Shown piece after piece: positions 8,083 to 17,363 of a stretch of DNA of 64,000 bases (positions within the stretch are counted from its first letter, which is position 1; every line of letters starts with the position of its first letter). The translations under genes were made by a program, and so were the position numbers. Under the pieces are notes generated by a model. That model saw only the letters and a program-made list of their open reading frames with translations. It had not been told where the DNA came from and did not search any database. Origin of the DNA: Bradyrhizobiaceae bacterium. Its GTDB lineage: Bacteria; Pseudomonadota; Alphaproteobacteria; Rhizobiales; Xanthobacteraceae. The DNA lies in contig JBIQLW010000019.1 in assembly GCA_044463945.1 (NCBI GenBank), positions 8,990 to 72,989 of the forward strand. The letters are read 5' to 3'.

Positions 8083-10194
8083 ATGAAAAGTTTGCAGCGA
8101 TTCTGGCATCGCAACTCGCCTCAGCTCTTTCTCGGTGAACTGCTTGAGAAACGGTGGATGGAGCCGATCATTCCATTCACGCTGACGATTCTGGTGTTTC
8201 TGGTGTTCGCGGTCTCGGTGCCGCGCTATCTCTCCCCCGGAAGTCTTCAGGAATTGATGCGCAATTTCGCGGAGCAGGCCATGGTCGCCGTGGCCATGGC
8301 CTTCTCCATCCTGTCGGGCGGTTTCGACCTGTCGGTCGGCGCCGTGTTCGCGATGGCGAACTTCCTCACAATCTATCTCTATCTCATTCTCGGGCTGCCG
8401 CTGCCGGTGGCGGTCGTCCTCGTCATCCTGTTCGGCGCGGCGATGGGGGCGATCAACGGCGGCCTGATCGCCTATGGCAAGACCCGTCCGTTCCTCACCA
8501 CCCTCGTCGTTCTCATCATCGTCCGCGCCGCCTACAACAAGGTGACGATCGCCTACACCAACGAACTCGCCTCCATCGACATGGGAGGCGACGTCTGGGA
8601 TTTCATGGGATCGGGCCGCATTCTCGGCATTCCGGTCAACATGGTGGCGCTGATCGTGCTGGCGGTCGTGACCCACTTCTTCCTGACGCGGGTAAAGCCG
8701 GGCGTTCACATCATGGCGGTGGGGTCGAGCCGCAAGGCGGCGCGCCACGCCGGCGTCAACGTCAAGCTGGTGCTGTTCTCCGCCTATGTCTATTCGGGAA
8801 TGATCGCGTCGCTGGCGGGAATTTTCTATGCGGCGCGGCAGAACAGTTCGGGCACCGACACCGGCGTCGGCTGGGAAATCAACGCATTCGCCGCGGTGGT
8901 GCTGGGCGGCATCAGCCTTGCCGGCGGGCGCGGCACCATCGCGCGCGCGGTGATGGGCGCGGCGATCATCTTCATGCTCATCAGCGGCATGGTGCGGCTT
9001 GGCATTTCCGGCAACCTGACCACGGCGATCATCGGCGTCATCCTGCTGGTCGCGGTCGGCTTCAACGTGAAGTGGGTCAAGAACAAGGGCAAGGTGCTGC
9101 AAAAGGTCTATGTAACGCCGAGTTGGGTCGATTTCAGCCCGCCACCATCGATCGCCCGCGACAGCGGCACGCCCTTCGCCGAGAACGACCGCCTCAAGAA
9201 CGCGGAAGCCATCGCGCTCAACAAGATCGAAGGCCCGGAGGACGTCATCCTTGACCGCAAGGACAATCTCTACACCGTCAACCGCAACGGCTCGATCATC
9301 CGCTTCCTCGCTCCCGATTACGAGGTGCGGGAGGAATTCGCCCGCATCGGCGGCCGCCCGCTTGGCCTCGCCTTCGACAAGGACCAGAACCTTCTGGTGT
9401 GCATCGCCGGCATGGGCGTCTATGGCGTGCGGCCCGACCGCACCGTCTTCAAGGTGACGGACCGCACCACGCGCACCCGCACCCGCCTGAAGGACGACTC
9501 GCGCCTCTATCTCGCCGACGATCTCGACGTCGCCCCCGACGGCAAGATCTATTTCAGCGAAGCCTCCACCCGCTATGAACTGACCGACTGGGCGCTCGAC
9601 GGCTTTGAGGGGCGCGGCAACGGCCGCCTGATCTGCCACGATCCCGCGACCGGGACGACACAGACGGTTCTCAAGAACCTGACGTTCCCCAACGGCATTT
9701 GCATCTCGCATGACGGCCGCTCGGTGCTGTGGGCCAGCACCTGGCTGTGCCAGGTCCATCGTTACTGGATCGCGGGGCCGAAGGCGGGGACCAGCGAACT
9801 GCTGATCGATAACCTCCCGGGCTATTGCGACAACATCAACCGCGCCTCCGACGGGAAGTACTGGCTGGCGATGGTCGGCCTGCGCACGCCGGTCTACGAC
9901 CTCGCGATGCGCAACCCCAGCTTCCGCACCCGCATGGTCAAGCAGATTCCGCCGGACGAGTGGCTGTGTCCGGGAATCAATTACGGCTGCATCATCAAGT
10001 TCGACGACAACGGCGTGGTCAGCGAATCGTTGTGGGACCCCGGCGGCGAGTCGCATCCCACCATCACCTCGATCCGCGAGCACAAGGGCTATCTCTATAT
10101 CGGCGGCCTGGAGAACAACCGCATCGGGCGGATTCGTCTGCCGGACGCCGACCCGACATGGGAAGCGCACAAGTCCTATTGGGGAGGCGCCTGA
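8083..10194 (+). CDS. Fusion protein: CUT2 ABC permease (N-terminal ~335 aa) + strictosidine-synthase/SMP-30/gluconolactonase-like beta-propeller (C-terminal ~350 aa)
   Basis: N-terminal RbsC-like TM domain ends ...TTAIIGVILLVAVGFNVKWVKNKGK. C-terminal part: GPEDVILDRKDNLYT...GRPLGLAFD...DDLDVAPDGKIYFSEAS...FPNGICISHDG...YCDNINRASDGKYWLA, typical SSL/SGL propeller blades. Confidence 0.9.
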   Translation: MKSLQRFWHRNSPQLFLGELLEKRWMEPIIPFTLTILVFLVFAVSVPRYLSPGSLQELMRNFAEQAMVAVAMAFSILSGGFDLSVGAVFAMANFLTIYLYLILGLPLPVAVVLVILFGAAMGAINGGLIAYGKTRPFLTTLVVLIIVRAAYNKVTIAYTNELASIDMGGDVWDFMGSGRILGIPVNMVALIVLAVVTHFFLTRVKPGVHIMAVGSSRKAARHAGVNVKLVLFSAYVYSGMIASLAGIFYAARQNSSGTDTGVGWEINAFAAVVLGGISLAGGRGTIARAVMGAAIIFMLISGMVRLGISGNLTTAIIGVILLVAVGFNVKWVKNKGKVLQKVYVTPSWVDFSPPPSIARDSGTPFAENDRLKNAEAIALNKIEGPEDVILDRKDNLYTVNRNGSIIRFLAPDYEVREEFARIGGRPLGLAFDKDQNLLVCIAGMGVYGVRPDRTVFKVTDRTTRTRTRLKDDSRLYLADDLDVAPDGKIYFSEASTRYELTDWALDGFEGRGNGRLICHDPATGTTQTVLKNLTFPNGICISHDGRSVLWASTWLCQVHRYWIAGPKAGTSELLIDNLPGYCDNINRASDGKYWLAMVGLRTPVYDLAMRNPSFRTRMVKQIPPDEWLCPGINYGCIIKFDDNGVVSESLWDPGGESHPTITSIREHKGYLYIGGLENNRIGRIRLPDADPTWEAHKSYWGGA

Positions 10195-10196
10195 GC

Positions 10197-11315
10197 ATGT
10201 CCCTCCTTGGCGATATCATCGATCGCGTGTTGTTTCCCAACCGCGAGATCCACGTCATCCCGGTGCTCGACGGCGCCTTCTCGCCGAACAAGCGGCTCGA
10301 TCAGGCCCGCCAGCTCGGCGGCGAGATCGCGCGGCCGGACGACATCGCCGCCGGTCCCGACGGTGCGCTCTACGTCTCGACCGGCAATGCCATCCTGCGC
10401 TGCACCGGCGCGGATTTCGAGACGCGCGAGACGTTCGCGACGCTCGGCGGCGCGGTCGGCGGTCTGGCGTTCGCGGCGGACGGACGGCTGCTGGCCTGCG
10501 TGTCCGGGCAGGGGCTGGTGGCGCTGTCGCCGGCCGGCAAGATCGTCGGCACGCTGGAGAATGTGGGCGGCGCGCGGATCGTCTGTCCGCTGTCGGTCGC
10601 CGTCGCGCCTGACGGCGCGATCTGTGTCACCGACGGCTCACGGCACAATTTGCCGGAGCAGTGGCTTGCCGACCTGATGCAGAACCGCCCGCCGTCCGGC
10701 CGGCTGATCGTCTGCAACGCGGCGCTCGGTGAGGCCCGCGTCCGCGCCGACAAACTTGCATGGCCGCTCGGCCTCGCGGTGTCCCACGACGGCAACGAGA
10801 TTCTGGTCGCCGAATCCTGGACCCATCGGCTCACCGCCTTCGCGCGTACCGGCACTGCCGCGCGCGTGATCGTCAGGAACTACAGCGGCTATCCGGCGCG
10901 CCTGTCGCGCGATGACGCGGGCGGTTACTGGATGGCGTTCTTCGCGCTGCGCACGCAACTCACCGAATTCGTGCTGCGCGAGCGGGCGTTCTGCGATGAA
11001 ATGATGCGGACGGTGCCGCCCGACCTGTGGATCGGCCCGGCGCTGGACGGGCGTATCAATCCGCGCGAGCCGACCCAGATCGGGCGGATCAAGAAGCTCG
11101 GGATTCAGAAGCCGTGGGCGCCGGCGCGCTCCTATGGGCTGGTGGCCCGGCTCGACGGCAGGGGCGAGGCGGTCGAGACGCTGCACAGCCGCGTCGATGG
11201 ACGGATCCACGGCGTCGTCGCCGTCCGGCCGGTCGGTGACCGCGTGGTGGCGGTCGCCAAGGGCCGCGACTGCCTGGTCGCGTTGCCGCCCGCCGGCGGC
11301 GCAAGGGAAGGGTGA
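10197..11315 (+). CDS. Stand-alone SMP-30/strictosidine-synthase-like beta-propeller protein (no signal peptide)
   Basis: ATG 3 nt after the previous stop. Blades such as PDDIAAGPDGALYVS, GLAFAADGRLLAC, SVAVAPDGAICVTDGS, LGLAVSHDGNEILVAESW, LSRDDAGGYWMAFF. The track ORF from 9825 is an out-of-gene N-terminal extension. Confidence 0.8.
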   Translation: MSLLGDIIDRVLFPNREIHVIPVLDGAFSPNKRLDQARQLGGEIARPDDIAAGPDGALYVSTGNAILRCTGADFETRETFATLGGAVGGLAFAADGRLLACVSGQGLVALSPAGKIVGTLENVGGARIVCPLSVAVAPDGAICVTDGSRHNLPEQWLADLMQNRPPSGRLIVCNAALGEARVRADKLAWPLGLAVSHDGNEILVAESWTHRLTAFARTGTAARVIVRNYSGYPARLSRDDAGGYWMAFFALRTQLTEFVLRERAFCDEMMRTVPPDLWIGPALDGRINPREPTQIGRIKKLGIQKPWAPARSYGLVARLDGRGEAVETLHSRVDGRIHGVVAVRPVGDRVVAVAKGRDCLVALPPAGGAREG

Positions 11316-11320
11316 GGATC

Positions 11321-12853
11321 ATGCCAGCGGAGAAAGGCGAGGTGTCGCCGCTGCTTCGGATCGTCAACGGCAGCAAGGTCTACGGCGGCCTTCACGCCAT
11401 CGATGGCGTCAATTTCGATCTGCGTCCCGGCGAGATTCACGCGCTGCTGGGCGAGAACGGCGCGGGAAAATCCACCCTGTGCAAGGCGATCGCCGGCGCC
11501 ATCGAACTGACCTCGGGCGATTACCTGATCGGCGGCGAGAAGGTGTCGTTCGCCTCGCCCAAGGAAGCGCTGGAGGGCGGCGTCGCGATGGTCTACCAGG
11601 AATCCAGCCTGGTCCCGTCGATGACGGTCGCGCAGAACCTCGAACTCGGCATGGAGAAATGGTTCACCGTCTACAGCAAGATCAACATCGCCGCGACCCA
11701 GTCGTTGCAGTCGATGAACTTCAACGTCGATCCGCTCGCTCTGGTCGAAACGCTGGGAACGGCGAAGCGGCAGATGGTCGAGATCGTCCGCGCGGTGCGC
11801 CACAACGCCAGGATCTTCATCTTCGATGAGCCCACGGCGTCGCTGACGCCGGAGGAGATGCAGCACCTGTTCCATCTGCTCAATACGCTGAAGGAGCGCG
11901 GCGCGGGGATCATCTTCATTTCGCACGCGCTTGAGGAAGCGCTCGACATTGCCGACCGCATCACCGTGCTGCGCGACGGCAAGCTGGTGGCGACCGTTCC
12001 CGCCGCGGGAATGACGCGCGACGCCCTGGTGCGCATGATGGTCGGCCGCGAGGAAACCGCGAGCCATTACGCGAGCCACGGCGCCGATCCCGACGCCGCG
12101 ACGCCGCGGGCAAAGCGCGGCGAGAAGGTGCTGTCGGTCGAGAACGTGACCATGGGCAGCATGGTCAAGAACATGTCGTTCTCGGTGTTCAACAGCGAGG
12201 TCGTCGGCATCTTCGGGCTGGTCGGCGCGGGACGCTCCGAGGTCGCGCAGATCGTCTGCGGCGCGCGCAAGCGCAACTTCCTGCGCGGCGGCATGATCTA
12301 TCTGCGGGACAAGCCGATCCGCTACCGCGTGCCGCGGCAGGCGGTGCGCGACGGCATCGCCTACATCACCGAGGATCGCAAGGTCGATGGTTTCTTCGAG
12401 ACCATGACCGTCGATCAGAACATCTATCTCGGCTATCTCGCCTCGCCCCGGGTCAAGCGTTTCCTGTATTCCGTGCGCGAGATGAAGCGCGTCGCCGATC
12501 ACTGGATCGCCGCGCTGTCGATCTCGGCCCTGAAGCGGTCGCTGAAGATCATCGAATATTCCGGCGGAAACCAGCAGAAGGTGGTGGTCGGCAAGTCGCT
12601 GGCGCAGGAGCCGACGGTGGTGATCTTCGACGAGCCGACGCGCGGCGTAGATGTCAGCGCCATTCCGCAAATTCACGCGGCGATCCGTAACCTCGCGGGC
12701 GAGAACAAGGCCGTGGTCGTGATCTCGTCCTACCTGCCTGAAATCCTCGCCATCTCGGATCGCATCCTGGTGGCGCGCGGCGGCCGCATCGTCGAGGAGA
12801 TGGCGCGCGCGGATGCGACCGAGGAGAAGATCATGTATGCCGCCATTCACTGA
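11321..12853 (+). CDS. Sugar ABC transporter ATP-binding protein (duplicated ATPase, RbsA-like)
   Basis: Walker A GENGAGKST, LGTAKRQMVEI, second half with YSGGNQQKVVVGK. Start ATG 11321 (alternative GTG 11312 overlapping the previous stop). Confidence 0.93.
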   Translation: MPAEKGEVSPLLRIVNGSKVYGGLHAIDGVNFDLRPGEIHALLGENGAGKSTLCKAIAGAIELTSGDYLIGGEKVSFASPKEALEGGVAMVYQESSLVPSMTVAQNLELGMEKWFTVYSKINIAATQSLQSMNFNVDPLALVETLGTAKRQMVEIVRAVRHNARIFIFDEPTASLTPEEMQHLFHLLNTLKERGAGIIFISHALEEALDIADRITVLRDGKLVATVPAAGMTRDALVRMMVGREETASHYASHGADPDAATPRAKRGEKVLSVENVTMGSMVKNMSFSVFNSEVVGIFGLVGAGRSEVAQIVCGARKRNFLRGGMIYLRDKPIRYRVPRQAVRDGIAYITEDRKVDGFFETMTVDQNIYLGYLASPRVKRFLYSVREMKRVADHWIAALSISALKRSLKIIEYSGGNQQKVVVGKSLAQEPTVVIFDEPTRGVDVSAIPQIHAAIRNLAGENKAVVVISSYLPEILAISDRILVARGGRIVEEMARADATEEKIMYAAIH

Positions 12854-12916
12854 TGTCATGAGCCATCGATGAGCGCTTTTCAGCAGCCCCGTTCGCGCAG
12901 GGAGCCGGGAGGGGAC

Positions 12917-13657
12917 ATGGACGACGATCCGGAGGACGGCCGCCTGATGAGCGAGCGCATCGCCGCCGAGATCCGTAGCGCAGTTCTGAGCGGCGAGATG
13001 CGGCCGGGAATGCGCATCCGGCAGGAACTGCTCGCCGCCCATTTCGGCGCCAGCCGCATTCCGGTGCGCGAGGCGCTGAAGCAGCTTGAGAACGAGGGTC
13101 TGGTGGTGATGGCGCCGAACCGCGGCGCCTGGATCGCGGACGTCAATTCGGACGAATCCATCGAGATTTACAAGATCCGCGAGGCGGTGGAGCCGCTGGC
13201 CATCGGCGAAAGCGTGCCGAACCTGACCGACGAGGACATCGATACGCTCGACGCCATCGTGCGCGAACTGGAGCACGTCCCGACGCTTGAGGAATACATC
13301 CAGCTCGATCGCGAGTTTCATCTGCGCACTTATGCGGGGGCGCGGATGCCGCAGCTTCTGGCGATGGTCGAGCGATTCTGGAACAGCACGCAGCATTTTC
13401 GGCGGTTGTTCGTGAAGGAAGCCTATGCCAAGGATGGATTCCCGTTCTCCGATCCCCAGCATCTGCTGTTGATGGATGCGATCCGGGCGCGCGACGTCGA
13501 TGCGGCGCAGATATTGGTGCGTCTGCATATCCGCAGAACGCGCCTCGTCATCGAGACGACGGAGAGGGGGACCAGCCGGTCGCCGGTGGCCAGCCGCTCC
13601 GTCGTGCGGCGCACCCCGCCGGGCCCGGTTTATCGAAGGAGAGACAGTCATGAGTGA
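12917..13657 (+). CDS. GntR-family transcriptional regulator (FCD C-terminal domain)
   Basis: GASRIPVREALKQLENEGLV winged HTH followed by an FCD-like helical domain. ATG 12917 has a GGGAGGGG RBS; alternative start 12869. Confidence 0.9.
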   Translation: MDDDPEDGRLMSERIAAEIRSAVLSGEMRPGMRIRQELLAAHFGASRIPVREALKQLENEGLVVMAPNRGAWIADVNSDESIEIYKIREAVEPLAIGESVPNLTDEDIDTLDAIVRELEHVPTLEEYIQLDREFHLRTYAGARMPQLLAMVERFWNSTQHFRRLFVKEAYAKDGFPFSDPQHLLLMDAIRARDVDAAQILVRLHIRRTRLVIETTERGTSRSPVASRSVVRRTPPGPVYRRRDSHE

Positions 13658-14525
13658 TTTTCAGAAGATCGGCGTGGTCGGCGCCGGCATGATGGGCTCC
13701 GAGATTGCCCTGATGTTCGCGCTCGCCGGCTATCCGACGCTGCTCAGCGATCAGTCGCGCGAGGCGGCCGAGCGCGCGATCGAGCGCCTTCACGGCGTGC
13801 TCGACCGCGGCCTGCCCCGGCGGTTCTGGTCGGAGGAAGCGGCGGCCACCGCGCGCCGCCAGCTTGCGGTCGCCGATAGCCTCGATGCCTATGCCGACCG
13901 TGACCTGGTGATCGAAGCGGTGTTCGAGGACGAGGCGCTGAAGCGCGACGTGTTCAAACGGCTCGACGCCATCGTCGCGCCGGGGGCGGGGCTGGCGTCC
14001 AACACCTCGTCGATCTCCATCACCACGCTGAGTTCGGCGGTGGCGGAGCCGCGCCGCGCCCGCTTCATCGGCACGCATTTCTTCTCGCCGGTGTCGCGCA
14101 TGAAACTGGTGGAGGTGATCCCGGCCGCCGACACCGATCCCGCCTTCGCCGATGCGGTGAGCGACGTCATGACCGCGATCGGCAAGGCGCCGATCCGCGT
14201 CAAGGACGTCGTCGGCTTCGCCGTCAACCGGCTGCTGCACGCGCTGGTGCTCGAATCGATCCGCCTCGTCGAGGAAGGCGTGTGCTCGCCGGCGGATATC
14301 GACGCCGCCTGCAAGCTCGGCCTCGGGCATCCGATCGGCCCGTTCGAACTGATGGACAATACCCAGAACTCGCTGTCGCTGAGCGTGCACGAGATTCTTC
14401 ATCAGGCTTACGGCGAGCGCTTCCTGCCGCGCCCGCTGCTGCGCCAGATGGTCGCCGCCGGCTATAACGGCCGCAAGGCGGGGCGCGGGTGGCATCGTTA
14501 CGGCAGCGACGGCAAGAAGCAATGA
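13650..14525 (+). CDS. 3-hydroxyacyl-CoA (3-hydroxybutyryl-CoA) dehydrogenase
   Basis: IGVVGAGMMGSEIA Rossmann motif, HFFSPV, C-terminal dimerisation domain; overlaps the GntR stop by 8 nt. Confidence 0.92.
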   Translation: MSDFQKIGVVGAGMMGSEIALMFALAGYPTLLSDQSREAAERAIERLHGVLDRGLPRRFWSEEAAATARRQLAVADSLDAYADRDLVIEAVFEDEALKRDVFKRLDAIVAPGAGLASNTSSISITTLSSAVAEPRRARFIGTHFFSPVSRMKLVEVIPAADTDPAFADAVSDVMTAIGKAPIRVKDVVGFAVNRLLHALVLESIRLVEEGVCSPADIDAACKLGLGHPIGPFELMDNTQNSLSLSVHEILHQAYGERFLPRPLLRQMVAAGYNGRKAGRGWHRYGSDGKKQ

Positions 14526-14572
14526 CAGCGGCGCCTCGAGCCGGCGCGCGCAACCGATAGCGGAGCATCGAC

Positions 14573-15880
<1,308 letters not shown>

Positions 15881-15916
15881 CGTTTCATGATTTGACGGAA
15901 ACGCTGTGACATGAGG

Positions 15917-15993
15917 CGTCATTGCCGGGCCTGACCCGGCAATCCATCCTTTTCAGAAAGATGGATGCGCGGATCAAGTCCGCGCATGACGAC
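15917..15993. repeat. REP family B copy 1 (double hairpin)
   Basis: GCGTCATTGCCGGGCCTGACCCGGCAATCCATCC...GATGGATGCGCGGATCAAGTCCGCGCATGACGAC; near-identical inverted copy at 49366-49441. Confidence 0.7.
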
Positions 15994-16048
15994 GGGTGAT
16001 TCCGCCAAAGACGGAAAACCTCTAAATGTGTGGGACCGTGAGGTGACC

Positions 16049-16513
16049 TCAGCCCGCGGGGCGCGGCGTGCCGGACGCCGCGCGGGTCTGCGTCCGGATC
16101 GCCGGCCACACCGTGCGCCGCCAGGCGGACGCGCCGGCGTCCCACGCCACCACCTCGCCCCCGCGCAGCACGAACCACTGCGGCGCGCCCGGCAGCGTTC
16201 GCACCCGCTCGCGCAAGCCCGCGAGATCGGCCGGCCACAGCGGCTCCGCCAGCAGGTCGCGCAGCCGTGTCGCGATCACTTCACGATAACGCAGGCCGGA
16301 AAATTCGCGGCTCTCCACGAATGACGGCCGCTCGTCGCGCCGCCAGGCGCGGCACGGCCCGCAATCCTCCGCGCCGACATAGACGACGGTGATCGCGCCG
16401 CGCCCCGCCGCCGGCTGATGCGGCACGTCGGCGACCAGCACCCCGCAGCCGAGCGCGAGCGCAAGGGCGGCAGGCAAACGGCGCGAGAGCAGGGGACGGG
16501 CGGCGACTGACAT
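16049..16513 (-). CDS. Secreted/anchored thioredoxin-fold protein with a CGPC motif
   Basis: Signal/anchor MSVAARPLLSRRLPAALALALGCGVL, then VVYVGAEDCGPCRAW; divergent from the oxidase cluster. Confidence 0.6.
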   Translation of the reverse strand: MSVAARPLLSRRLPAALALALGCGVLVADVPHQPAAGRGAITVVYVGAEDCGPCRAWRRDERPSFVESREFSGLRYREVIATRLRDLLAEPLWPADLAGLRERVRTLPGAPQWFVLRGGEVVAWDAGASAWRRTVWPAIRTQTRAASGTPRPAG

Positions 16514-16547
16514 CCGCACAGCCTAGAGCCGCATGGCGGTGTCTCAC

Positions 16548-16561
16548 TTACCCAAAGTCAA
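16548..16561. promoter_or_regulatory. Degenerate Crp/Fnr (FixK-type) half-palindrome upstream of the oxidase cluster
   Basis: TTACC-CAAA-GTCAA: right half perfect, left half two mismatches. Centred 64 bp upstream of the ATG at 16619. Confidence 0.25.
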
Positions 16562-16618
16562 GGCCGCGCGCCGCGAACGGTGGCAGCTTCCTGTCAAAGG
16601 GACGTGAGGAGCACCGCC

Positions 16619-16798
16619 ATGTCGAAGACCGCGAAGCCGCCCGGCGAGCCAGCCGCCGCCGACGATGAGCCCATGCCGTTCATGCAGCGGGTGCTCGACG
16701 ATCCGTTCCTGCTTCTGTTCATCGGCGTCACCATTCCCACGATCCTCTATCTCGTCTGGGGCGTGATGGAGATCGCCAACGTCCCGGTCGGCAAATAG
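16619..16798 (+). CDS. Small single-TM protein, putative accessory subunit of the oxidase
   Basis: ATG 16619 with a GAGGAG RBS: MSKTAKPPGEPAAADDEPMPFMQRVLDDPFLLLFIGVTIPTILYLVWGVMEIANVPVGK. Placement resembles the small subunits of ba3/cbb3 oxidases. Confidence 0.55.
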   Translation: MSKTAKPPGEPAAADDEPMPFMQRVLDDPFLLLFIGVTIPTILYLVWGVMEIANVPVGK

Positions 16799-16810
16799 GA
16801 GAGCGATCCG

Positions 16811-17362
16811 ATGGCCATTACCTCTCCCGAACGCCGCGTCTGGTGGAACGAGCCGGTCGAGCGCGTCGAACTGATCTGGATCGCCGTGGCGCTGCTGTGG
16901 GGTCTGTTCATGTTCTTCTTCATGATCGCCTGGCACTTCATCGGCGGTCAGAATCTCGCAACCGAAGCCTACAAGGTGGTGCCGAGCGCCTATCAGGAGA
17001 AGGTCGACGCCTTCGCCGAGAAGTACCAGGTCGGCGACGAATCCGGCACGCCGATCGTGCGGCCGCCGGCCGGCGAAGATATCTATCTGCTCGGGCGGCT
17101 GTGGCAGTGGTGGCCGGTGCTGCAACTGGAAAAGGGCCAGAGCTACCGCCTGCATCTGTCGTCGGTCGACTGGCAGCACGGCTTCTCGCTGCAACCCACC
17201 AACATCAACATCCAGGTTCATCCCGGCTACGAGCACGTCATCGTCCTGACGCCGACCGAAGCCGGCGAATTCGGCATCATCTGCAACGAGTTCTGCGGCA
17301 TCGGCCATCACACCATGACCGGCAAGATCATCGTCGTCGATAGCAAGGCGGAGGCGAAGTAA
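16811..17362 (+). CDS. Heme-copper oxidase subunit II with CuA centre (single-TM, B-family-like)
   Basis: CuA ligands WQHGFSL ... CNEFCGIGHHTM; one N-terminal TM; 183 aa. Confidence 0.9.
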   Translation: MAITSPERRVWWNEPVERVELIWIAVALLWGLFMFFFMIAWHFIGGQNLATEAYKVVPSAYQEKVDAFAEKYQVGDESGTPIVRPPAGEDIYLLGRLWQWWPVLQLEKGQSYRLHLSSVDWQHGFSLQPTNINIQVHPGYEHVIVLTPTEAGEFGIICNEFCGIGHHTMTGKIIVVDSKAEAK

Positions 17363-17363
17363 C

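Noticed and set aside
7870-10170. 766-aa minus-strand ORF
   Set aside because: Antisense to the permease::propeller fusion gene; no recognisable motifs.
9825-10196. N-terminal 124 codons of the 496-aa track ORF 9825-11315
   Set aside because: This part overlaps the 3' end of the preceding gene out of frame and is Arg/Pro-rich. A well-placed ATG at 10197, 3 nt after the upstream stop, starts the propeller domain.
11132-13651. 839-aa minus-strand ORF
   Set aside because: Antisense shadow of the ABC ATPase and GntR genes.
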